A DNA stretch of 64,000 bases from Marsupella aquatica (lineage: Eukaryota; Plantae; Marchantiophyta), in the NCBI GenBank assembly GCA_973895155.1, contig OZ316892.1, forward strand, positions 16,296,357-16,360,356, read 5' to 3'. Below, piece after piece: positions 1-10,181 of the stretch. The number at the start of each line of letters is the position of its first letter. Positions within the stretch are counted from its first letter, which is position 1. The position numbers and the translations under genes are program-made. The notes beneath the pieces were generated by a model. That model was not told the DNA's origin. It made no database searches and was given only the letters and a program-made list of their open reading frames with translations.

Positions 1-2254
1 GTCGGCGGCACCAAGGAAGCCAGTAGACCAGGGGAATAGAAGGCAGGCAAAAACTGAGGAGGAGGTCAACCCCATCAATGTCATCCCAACTTCAGATGAC
101 ACCTGGAAAGGCTGGGTGGCGATCCTCCCCGAGGAAGTGCAATTACACTTTGCACGGGAGGAGGATACGCGCTTTATGGCCATGCAGACCAAGAAGTACC
201 AGGGCTTCATGGCCGGATCCAGCTTGGAAGCCTTCGTAAAATTGCCATGATTGAAGCCGGAGGTGCCAGATTTAGACTTAGTAGAATTCGTGGGATCATG
301 GGAGCCCGAGACCAATTCCACAAGGGTCTATGGGAAGGATTTCTATCTCACTCCCCGGGTGATTGCCGAAGCGTTTGGCTTGCCGATGGGCAATAAGACC
401 AAAGTAGATACCAGGAAGACCTTGCTTGACAAGGAGTTCCGGTCGTTCCCAGGGTCATCAACGAAGAATGGCTTCTTTCGGAACACATGCACCTACCCGC
501 ACATTGGGGAGAAGATCGATTTCTTGCGAGTGACCATGCATTGCAACTTGCCAAAGGCAGAGATCGGCAAGGCACAGGTCTACCTGGCAGAGAGGCCAGA
601 CCCAAGCCGGGACTACAACGGGTACCTCCTCAACCAACTGAAGAAGATCTTGAAGGAGGAACAACAGGTGATCAGCATGGGAAGCGTATCCCGGCTTGGC
701 TATCACATGCCGCTGTTGTGCTGGTATGCCCAAAGTTAGATCTTTGCCCTAGTACTTCCCCTGCAGGTAAGGGCACCAAAGGAAGTTTTGGAACAGAGGC
801 CGATAGCAGAGAAGCCCAACCAGCCTGCTAGTCCTACGATCGAACAAGTGTTTAGGCCAAGGAAAGAAGACTTGCCGATGTAGCAACCAGGCATGCAAAA
901 TCTGCTGAAATTGCTGGAGAAGGAAAGGAGAACAGCAACGGCACCGGCAACGGCAACACCACCGGTACAGGACGCTGCCCCGGAAGTTGGCCTAAGACAA
1001 CTCATGAAGGAAAACCCCTTTACCGGAGCCAAGGAGAGGGGGAGGTCGGAACACGAGTCGGGAGTTTGAATGTATGTGGGAGCCTCAAGCTCCGAATCCG
1101 AGGCAGAGCAGCCTAAGGCTCCTACCCGCGGTATAGAGAGGGGGAAGCCGGTAGTCCAAGCAGCAAAGGCGATGGAGGACTATGGCAATGATAATTCCGG
1201 CTGCGGGTCGGACCATCATGTTCCAGGAGTAAGGACCTGTGGCCGGTTCATCCCCACTCTTCCAAGAGTAGTTCGAGGGGACCCCACCCAGCAGAGCAAC
1301 CCCGAGTCTCCCCCACCGGATGTCGCTCCCCCAAGCTTTGACGGCATAAAACAGACAGCACAAGAGTTTCAAGAGCGACTAAGGGAGGAAGAGAGGGCAG
1401 CCCTGGCTAGGGAGAAAGATTTACCAGGAGGAGATTGGCCAGAGGACATCAGGCGACTTGCCAAAAAAAGAAGCAACCCTCTAGCCACGATTGAAGAGAT
1501 CCGCAAGGCGGCTTGGGAGCAGAGGCCGCGATGGTTGATGCCAATGACTTCTACTTACTCCACTTATGCTAAGGATAGAGCCATGGAGTACGGAGAGATG
1601 TGTGGGGAACTTGCGCTCAGCATCTTTGGGGAGGAGTTGGAGCAGGGACCCTTTTTCCAAAGGGAAATGTTGGAGAAGCGCCGATTAGAAGAAGCGGTGG
1701 CTTTGGAGAGAAGCAAGAAGGACGAGGTCATCCGACGGCTTAGGGAGAGGGAAGCCGAGGCAGAAGGCCTGTAGGCAGCCAGGAAAGCCCAAGATGAGTT
1801 GTGGATTAAGCAGCATGAGCTAAACATCATGCAAGGGCAATTAGATGTCGCTCAGTCTGACAATCAGATTATCAAAGATAAACTGACTCGGACCCAAGGA
1901 GAGTTGGCCGGCGCAGTCAAGGAAAGAGAGAAGTGGAAGCGGGAGCTAAGGGACGCAGAGGAGGCCCACTTAGCAACCAACAATCGGGCCACGGCGGAGA
2001 CCCAGAGAAGGGAGAGGGCATTAAAGGGGGAACTCGAGGATATCCACGGAGCCCTTGAGCAAAAGGAGGTCGAGTTAAGGAAGGCCTATCAAGGGATCAT
2101 TGCGCTACAGCAGGAGCTTGCATCCCTGACGGCCAGCTTCAAGGCCGACCTACAGGAGAAAGATGACCAGCTCGATCAAACTTATGCCAAGATGGATAAG
2201 ATGGAGTCTGAGGTCATGAAGGAGCTTGACAAGGAGCTAAGAGCAACCCCATAA
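1..2254 (+). pseudogene. Family-A LTR-encoded ORF (plant-transposon-protein/PMD-like domain plus coiled coil), disrupted
   Basis: ORF pieces 251-739, 1070-1774 and 1799-2254 match the proteins at 52537-55770 and 56672-60031. Stops occur at TGA/TAG codons (e.g. 248-250, 737-739, 1772-1774). Confidence 0.75.
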
Positions 2255-2257
2255 GAG
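1..2257 (+). mobile_element. Gypsy family-A LTR, copy 1, left part (5' end outside the window)
   Basis: Colinear with 52986-55350 and with the reverse complement of 57420-59625. It is cut at 2257 by element B and resumes after the AAGAG duplication at 36637-36641. Confidence 0.9.
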
Positions 2258-2370
2258 TGTGGATATACAGTAAACTTGAAAAGCTAAGATTGAGTGCAAA
2301 TTTTTAAATTTTCTGGTCGCTAAAGTTTAAGTTCACTTAAACTTACATTTTTTACGCCTTTTAGTAAGAT

Positions 2371-2411
2371 ACGATCTTACGATCTTACGATCTTACGATT
2401 TACGAACTTAC
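2371..2411 (+). repeat. 8-bp CTTACGAT tandem array in the B LTR (second cluster at 5226-5302)
   Basis: acgatcttacgatcttacgatcttacgattt is read directly. The array is 24 bp longer in the 3' LTR (32764-32830). Confidence 0.9.
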
Positions 2412-2591
2412 GCGGTACTAGAAGATTACGCCGTTGCAAGACTAACGGGCGGAAAGTACACTATGAGCCGCATCGCGTGAAATCTTACGACCAGAGCGAA
2501 TCACTCTCTGCATGACTATTTCCGACGCTTACAAGCATCGCTCCGCTTCATCTGATCAGCATCCACCTCAAGATTTGTGAACCCAAGAGCT

Positions 2592-4709
2592 ATGGCAACA
2601 TTCGATTGTGATGAGGAATACCTCATTGATTCTGTGGCAATTCCAAAAGCGCTCGTCATCAGGCTCCCAAGGACCGAAGAGAGCTATGAATCATTACGCC
2701 AATCCTTGAGAGAGCTTGGACTGGAAAAATTATTACGACTACCATGGACTTCAGAGTTGGACACCTACCTGGAAGATTTTGTCAGAGGATCAATTGTCGC
2801 CTCACCTTCGCCTACTTCTATTCGAGGACGGCCCAGCAAATGGACCATAGATCACTTCGCGTATGCTTTTGGATGTTCTGCTGACGGAGAAGCGCTACTT
2901 TCGCCCAAGAATGATACATCAACTCCATACTTTTCAGGTACCCGGAATAAGAGAAATGGCTGGAATGTGAGTCAATGCAATCATTTGGAGCTAAGAATTC
3001 TTTTGGAATTTTTGGTTCCTATTTTTCATCCCAAGAAACCAACTGTTTGCTCCATTTCTCTGGCCAATACCATCATCGCTGCGCACAGTGGTAGAGTAAA
3101 GGTCAATTGGGCTTTGGTATTTTTCAATGTTGTGAGGGATCAACTTCGGACATTAAGGGCGAATCAATCAACTCAACTGCAAAACTATCTAGCCCAGCTA
3201 TACTCCGCTTTTGATTGCTCACTTCCTGAGGAGGTGATGGAGAGAGATTATCTTATGGAAGAAATCTCCAAGTTGTGGGAACAAGATGAAATTATGCCTA
3301 CTACAGCAGAAGAGGCAAACGTCATATCGCCAGCTTCTCCAGGCAGCCGGGCAAGTCTTCACAATTCAAGTCCTTCAGATGAGGTACCCATGGACCTAGA
3401 AGCACTTACTACAGATGCTGAGATGATAGACTACCCAGGGATCCCCTCACCACCCCTTTCCACAGGAATTGGGAAGTTTCCTATTCGACTTGCACAGGAC
3501 GACTCCAATCAGACCCTGATCAGTAAGGTGTGTGCTTTGCTCAACTGTGACTTTCATTCACTGTACGAGACCATTGAGCAATTGCGCCATGACGCAGTGA
3601 CACAGGTTCCTCCTTCTGCACTTTCATCTCCGGATCATGAGAATTCGCCATCATCTTCACCTCCAGCAGAAATTCAGCTCTCCACAGAGGAACTTTTTGC
3701 TGTTAAGACCGTGGCTCAAATCTCAGTTCCATCCCCTACAGACTTGAAGGAGACCTCACCTACAAATTCAGAGCCTCCTCCCTGCTCATCTGTAGAACAT
3801 CACTCCTGCCTTAAGATTGTCCATGAGTTAACTACTATGTTAGGCTGCCGTTCAGAAGAAGGAACCTCCATAGTCGATGAATTTCTTGATAAACCTGAAC
3901 CTTCACGCTCCCCACTGCCATCCTCTCAGTTTCCCTATAGTCCTGATTCCAATTATGAGCCTACTGATAGTCTACCTCATAAATCTTTGCACTCCACACA
4001 GCCCTTCTCTCAGCAAGGATTTCCCTTTTCTGAAGATTCTGATCCTCCATCCACACCAGAATACTTCTTTCCCTATGATATTCCAGTCTGTGACTCACCA
4101 GATCAGGGATTCGAAAGAGTTAATGCAGCCTTGCGATCTAATCCCAACCTTGTTGCAGTTGTCACTTCTTCTACCCAGACTCCTAGAAACGCTATCATCT
4201 ATAAAATGGAGCCTAGAACACCAGAGCAACAAGTCCAGAAGTATGTCACCACTTGTAAGGTTATGCATGCCAATACACCGCCTATAAGTGAGTTCTGGAG
4301 GTTTTATTATTTGAAGAAAGCAGAGGCTAGCTACATTTTTGATCTCAGGATGATTGGTACCTCTTGCGTGGAGTTGGCTCAGTTTGATGAGTACTGGACA
4401 GATTCAGTCTACTTCCGACCTATACTGGCCGTTATGTTTCTACAAGGTGATGTTGAAGTTGATGACCCGGATTTAATCCTGGCCTATTTGGGAAATATAG
4501 CCACTTATGCTTTAGATTTCTTACTGATTTTTCTAAAACAGAGCAACAAGTCTACTACCCCTGATCACTCATATATTCCCACTGGACCCAAGGTTATCCT
4601 TACTTCAACCACTTCTTATGAAGACAAGCAGCGAGTATGGAACAACATCAGCACGCAGCAGCTAACAAACTACACTCGCTACTTCCGGGATGTGCAGTGG
4701 AAATTATGA
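2592..4709 (+). CDS. LTR-encoded protein of element B (N-terminal plant-transposon-protein/PMD-like domain, S/P-rich linker, unknown C-terminal domain)
   Basis: Open 705-aa ORF from ATG 2592, wholly inside the LTR. The motifs GLEKLLRLPW...FAYAFG...NKRNGW...LEFL...VNWA align with the family-A LTR protein. Confidence 0.75.
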   Translation: MATFDCDEEYLIDSVAIPKALVIRLPRTEESYESLRQSLRELGLEKLLRLPWTSELDTYLEDFVRGSIVASPSPTSIRGRPSKWTIDHFAYAFGCSADGEALLSPKNDTSTPYFSGTRNKRNGWNVSQCNHLELRILLEFLVPIFHPKKPTVCSISLANTIIAAHSGRVKVNWALVFFNVVRDQLRTLRANQSTQLQNYLAQLYSAFDCSLPEEVMERDYLMEEISKLWEQDEIMPTTAEEANVISPASPGSRASLHNSSPSDEVPMDLEALTTDAEMIDYPGIPSPPLSTGIGKFPIRLAQDDSNQTLISKVCALLNCDFHSLYETIEQLRHDAVTQVPPSALSSPDHENSPSSSPPAEIQLSTEELFAVKTVAQISVPSPTDLKETSPTNSEPPPCSSVEHHSCLKIVHELTTMLGCRSEEGTSIVDEFLDKPEPSRSPLPSSQFPYSPDSNYEPTDSLPHKSLHSTQPFSQQGFPFSEDSDPPSTPEYFFPYDIPVCDSPDQGFERVNAALRSNPNLVAVVTSSTQTPRNAIIYKMEPRTPEQQVQKYVTTCKVMHANTPPISEFWRFYYLKKAEASYIFDLRMIGTSCVELAQFDEYWTDSVYFRPILAVMFLQGDVEVDDPDLILAYLGNIATYALDFLLIFLKQSNKSTTPDHSYIPTGPKVILTSTTSYEDKQRVWNNISTQQLTNYTRYFRDVQWKL

Positions 4710-4724
4710 TCCTCCTACAACAAG

Positions 4725-5003
4725 ATGCTGAGTACAGAGATGTTCTTACAATTCTACCCATCTGTCTACGCCAACTCGTGCAATTGTTTAGATGTCATAG
4801 GCATCTTACGGGAAGCAATCAGAATCAACCAGTGCTTTTTGGAGAAAAGGATGTCACTTATGTATTGGGGAAGACAGATGAGATGTCTACCTTACATCCG
4901 GGATCAACCTCACTATGATGAAGTAAGGGAAGCTATTCGGACGCGCACTATTTGGAAAGTAGAAATTAGAGAACCAGAGGATATTCGACAACCAAAATAT
5001 TGA
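4725..5003 (+). CDS. In-frame downstream continuation of the B LTR ORF
   Basis: Same frame as 2592-4709, separated only by TGA 4707-4709. Conserved in the 3' LTR (35143-35421). Confidence 0.5.
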   Translation: MLSTEMFLQFYPSVYANSCNCLDVIGILREAIRINQCFLEKRMSLMYWGRQMRCLPYIRDQPHYDEVREAIRTRTIWKVEIREPEDIRQPKY

Positions 5004-6227
5004 AGCAGACCTGCAATTTTGTTAAGTGTCAGAGGCAGTTTCAGTTACTGTACCCCGCTCGATTTTATTAGACATGTTTTAAGATTCCAAAACTCATCAA
5101 GTCTTTTTCAGTAGACAGCTTATACATAGGAAAACACATTGGCAAAGTCTCAATCACTTTGGATTGTAGTTAGAAAGTTAGAAATACTTTAGTTTGCTGA
5201 GTTTAGGGTTATCGTTAAGTTTCCGCGACTACGACTTTACGATCTTACGATCTTATGATCTTACGAACCTACGCTTTTACAAATTACGATCTTACGATAC
5301 TACGGTAAACTTAACTTAGTTAGTTTTAGACCTTTTCATACTTAGTTTTCATTTTTGACTTTTTGAGGGTTTTGAAGGGTCATGACTCTTCAACCCCCAA
5401 GGGTTTTTCCTCGATGTTTTTCACTATAAGTACCTTCCACTTCTAATAAGCAGAAGTAAGTAAGTCAAACATGACTTGTCGCCCATTGGTGTTGTCCTTG
5501 TGATTTTGGACTTTTTGAAGTTCAGAGTAGGCAATCCTAGGAGGGACTTACCTCCTTCTTGTATTTTGGAACCCAAATACTTGAAGTAAAACCTCAGTTA
5601 TGAATCTCGTGAATTATAATGTCAGATTCCGCTTTGGTGACACATTGTAATCTCACAAGTTCTTAGAGTTAACCCATTGAGTTTAAGTTGCATTGGAAAT
5701 GATGTTTTCACCTTCATGTTACTTAGTACCATCTAAATGCTGAAGTATTTATCCTTTTAGATCTTGACTAAGTATCACTTAGGAAGAAAGGTCAAGACAT
5801 GTTGCCGGCATTTTAAAAGGATACTCTAGTATGCAGTTTAGATCTGAAAAGCTGTGTGGATTTGAATTCCCTTAAAGTCATTCCATTATTGCTTATGTCT
5901 AAGGAGTAACCTTGGTATATTCCAAACTCCCTTAAGCATACTCTAAGAGATTTTTCCTTGTGTTTTGTTAATTGCAACCTTTTGCTTAATTGATGGTTAT
6001 ATGATGTTGAGTTATCATCAAAAACTGCTCATCGCTGTGGAGCGATCTTCAAAGTACCTAATTAAAGTAGTCAAGATTGATTACTATGTGTGACACAACA
6101 GCTTAAAGCTTTATTTTTAGTTTATTACATCAAACCAACCCAATCTTGTTCTTAACGGGAACGAATACCGAGTTTAGAGACGTAAAAGAGTTCTTTTGGT
6201 TCTCTATAGCAAACTACATGAGATTTT

Positions 6228-6245
6228 TGGCGCCGCTGCCGGGGA
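6228..6245 (+). promoter_or_regulatory. Primer binding site, tRNA-Asp type
   Basis: TGGCGCCGCTGCCGGGGA, 9 nt after the LTR end. One mismatch from the Athila-type PBS TGGCGCCGTTGCCGGGGA. Confidence 0.85.
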
Positions 6246-6342
6246 ACAAATCAAGGTTGGTTTGAAAACCAGGCAGTGAATGCCAAATCAAGGTTAAATT
6301 TCAACAAAAATCTTTGGAGACAAAGGAGTGACAAGTGCAATC

Positions 6343-7718
6343 ATGACCTCCCCTGGAGAATGGGTGTTTCCAAGGCTAGAAGTTATACCCTTGTCGGTGG
6401 AAAATGCACCAAGAATGATAAGAGAAAGAATGGAACAAGAAGAAGCCCTCATTCATCGAGAAGAAAGAAAGGAAGCCAGAGCCAGAAGGGAAAGGCGAAA
6501 CGGTGCTTAAAACAGAAATTAAAAAGTCAAATCTTTCAGGAGATGGTGAGAAAAAGCCACCCTCAGAAAAAAGAGAGCCCAAATCTTATTAAGAGAAAGG
6601 CAAACACATGTGGTAAGAAGCACCTGCAACAGAGGAAGGGCAAAGATCCTAAGGAAATCTAATGGAAGTTATTATTGGAGCCGGGGGCTGGTGAGTGTTA
6701 ATTCCTGGGATACAAATGTTTTCTTAAATAGCCTTCTCATTTTTCAAAGTTCTGAAAATGGGAAATTAACTCTGGAAGAGGTAACCTGGGATGAATATTT
6801 CGACCAAAGCTCCATCCCTCACATTCTAAGCACCAATTTAATAGAAGAAGTGGTGTTGGAAAGTGCAATTGAGAGAGCATTGGATAAGGCCCTAGAAATT
6901 TTAAAAGATAACCCTAAGTGGAGGGAACACTTGGAGGAGGTTCTTAATAAATTTTATGAAACATCCAATGTTTTACTGGATTTGGAAAGACCATGCATGA
7001 CTCCTGCAAGGAGGGCATTGATAGCATCATTGAGATGGAGAAATGGAGATGGGTGGTTTGTGGTCAAACGAAGAAAAGGTCAATATCATGAATCACCTTT
7101 CAAATGGATAAAAGATCTACCACTCACTTCTCAAGTGGTGAACCTAGTACTTCTAAAAAAGGAAGGTTTGCAGGAATTTAGGTTACAACCCCTACCAGAA
7201 GAAAATGATTTGGAATTCTTGCTAAGAAAGTTCAGACAGCAATTTGTGTTTGTATCCTTAGAAGAAGAAGAAAATATTGAGATCAAATTAGGTGCCCTTC
7301 ACCTAATTGAGTCTCCATGGACAGATCACATCAATGCTATAGAAAATTTATTAAATAATTATGCACCAATGTCCGAGGTAAGAGGTGTGGAAGAAGAATT
7401 CTTTGAATTTGAAGTTTAGGAGAGTATCAACATGGCCCCATTAGGTCATTAGGAACATTCAGGATAAGGAACCTTAGACACAGGTATGTTCAGACCTGGG
7501 TCTTGTTATTAAGAGGGAGAAGAGGGATCCATTTGCTGTCTATCATCTGGTGGGAAGGAGAAAACCTACACATAGTTATTTTAAAACTAAATGGTAGGGT
7601 AACAGGAGAAGAGTATGTTGTTATGACCCTACGAGATTTAGTCGGACCAGTTCTCCAGAAGCAACGGGGAGATTATGAAAAGTGGCGTCTGGCGAAGGGG
7701 TGGTTGGACCCCCCTTAG
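6343..7718 (+). pseudogene. Extra ORF upstream of gag in element B, decayed, unknown function
   Basis: 6328-6510 and 6610-7419 share one frame, interrupted by three stops (6508, 6520, 6547). Further stops and a frame change follow after 7419. Confidence 0.5.
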
Positions 7719-8350
7719 AAGGGGAATGCATTAACACCCTTCCGTATCTGCACCGCTCTGGAAACACAAGGAAGTGTTACGATCTTATGTTCCTACGGCG
7801 TTATGGGTTTTACGAGCTTACGACCCTACTGCCTTACGATCCTACGGGTCTACGCTTTTACGAAGCCTTACTTGGTGGCAGGAAATATTCCGCACGCACA
7901 CGGATTGACTTCCGAGAGGTGCACCCTTACAACAGAAACGTCGCGCCTTCCCCAGAAGGACATAGAAGGAAAGGGCGCGACTCCTGAGCGTGCCTCTAGC
8001 GAAAGGGTATGAGCGGAACAGGACAGCCCTTTGCACCAAATCGGGGTTCTCTCTCTCACATTCCGACTACCCGAGATTAATTTCCTGAATATGAATCAGG
8101 GGAATCGTCAAAGCGCTTGGCAAGGCATCACTATGAGCTCCGAGAAATTCTCCGCAAAAGCAACCCAGGTCCTGTATTGAAGGACAGGAGAGGCTGGCAG
8201 AACATGCAATTCCGAGGGTGTTAGTTGACAAAGGACCTCGTGTTAACCTGATCTCGTTACGCTTGGTTCAAAATCTTCATCAAGGTCAAACCCTTCCAAC
8301 AAGCACTCACCTCAGGAAAACTAGGCTACTGAATTTAACTGGAATGTGGA

Positions 8351-9336
8351 ATGTCAGAAAAGACTCCGCAGTCATGGAAAAGGAAAAAATTTGTGCCCTC
8401 TCCAAGTGAACCTACTCAGTCACCAGTCCAACCAAGGGACCTGAATATAGCGCTGCAATCACCAAAATTCCCACCAAAAGGAAGTGTGAATGAGAGAGTG
8501 TCATTAATTCAACAAAACTCACAACTTGGAACATTGGATAATCCCACGCAGAGCCGGCCTTTGTTTGTAAATCTTAGGTCTGGACCAAAACTGGTGGTTC
8601 CCCAAAAGTTTAAAAGAATAAGAGGAGAAAGGAAACGCTCCACAAGCTTGGAAGAGTATCAGCGCACCCCTAGATTTCAGTCCTTAGGAGGAACTCGCTC
8701 TTGGGTAGACGACCAAACAATCCGAGATAGAGATACAGAGGAGGTGCAAATCAAGGACGACTCGGTCAGGGAAAGATTGCTCGCATACAGGGAAGGAACT
8801 ACCCCCCCTAAAAATACGTCAGGACAGGAGTCGCCCTCTACTAATCAAGAAACAATATCAGACTCGCCAAATAGTGTGGATAGTGTTCCTTTTGCAGAGC
8901 TGGGAAGTACCCCTACTTCGGCAAGCGCACACAGTGTATCACCAAGCTCTAACCCGCCAACCACTCCTCCCACATCACCTGGTTCACTACCACCACCAAT
9001 ACCTCACCCTCTCACTCCACCAACAGCCACCGTGGCTGCAGCAGCAGCACCTCCTGTACCTCCGGTAACCCCAGTTAATCCCCCGGCCAGAATGGCAAGG
9101 AATAATATAAGATATGACACTTTTAAGGGGACATCCAAAGAGGATGCAGAAACGTTTCTGAAAGAATTTGAAGCCGCAGCCACATCCAATGGACAGACCC
9201 TAGATGCGGAAAAAGCCACCATTTTTGGTGGTTTGTTAAAGAAAGGAGCTCAAAAGTGGTATGACCGTTTTGCTCATAAACAAGATTGGGGCCTAACTAA
9301 AACAGCCTTCTTGGACAAATATAAAGAGGATGGAGT
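8351..9336 (+). CDS. gag: Gag N-terminal part of element B (interrupted by CACTA)
   Basis: Pro-rich region, then capsid-like FKGTSKEDAETFLKEFE...LKKGAQKWY...W...KTAFLDKY. Joins in frame to 27407 (EDGV-SARAFARIS) when the CACTA and one AGT are removed. Confidence 0.9.
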
Positions 9337-10181
9337 CACTAGAAGAATCCGAGGTGAACTGAGACCGCAATATATGACTCATTTTGGCTCATGTGACTTC
9401 ATTGTGACTTGACCCACGCTGTGACCCTTGGAGTTGCAAAAGTTGAGACCAAAAAATGGAAGTCACTATTGATACTGGGCTTTGCAACTTGCTTGATACC
9501 CATTTGTGACTGATCTGTGACTTTATTGTGGAGTCTAGCCTTGTTTCGACGTGACTGCAATATGACTTCAGCGAGTCACATCGTAAGTCACATACATGAC
9601 TTACCCGCATTCAACAACGACTAGCGTGTGACTATTTAGTGTCACAGGAGAGACCAATGGAGACCCTGGCCCGCGTCACACAACAGAACCATTTGGGACT
9701 CTATATACTCATGTTTATAACTAATAAGGTTCACATGCAAGTTATAACCATGACTAATGAACACAGAGGGACAGTTCATAAGGAGAGAGAGCACTCGACA
9801 TTACAATACATAGAAACCTGATGTTCTAACTTTAGAAATATAACACATTGAATACAAGAAATGAACATAGCATGAATGACATCCACATGAAACAAAGCAT
9901 CATATAAGCAAATCCTACATAAAACATTCATAAGAATTAAACACAATCACAATCTTGCTAAAAAATGAAGATCATTTGAATTCCAATGGAATAGTTTACA
10001 ATGTGATCAATGTAATTTAGACAAAACAGGAACTCATAATTGATGACTGTAGGATGAGATAACTGAAAGCACATGCATGATACTATGAATCTCCAAGAGG
10101 ACATGATTCTTGTACTGCTTCTTGACATCTAAAATCTACATAACATGACTCACACTACAAACAAATAATGGCATGACATTG

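Larger units (their letters stand above)
2258..6218 (+). repeat. 5' LTR of element B (3961 bp)
   Basis: Starts tgtggatatacag and ends aaactaca. Direct repeat of 32652-36636, followed by the PBS. Confidence 0.95.
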
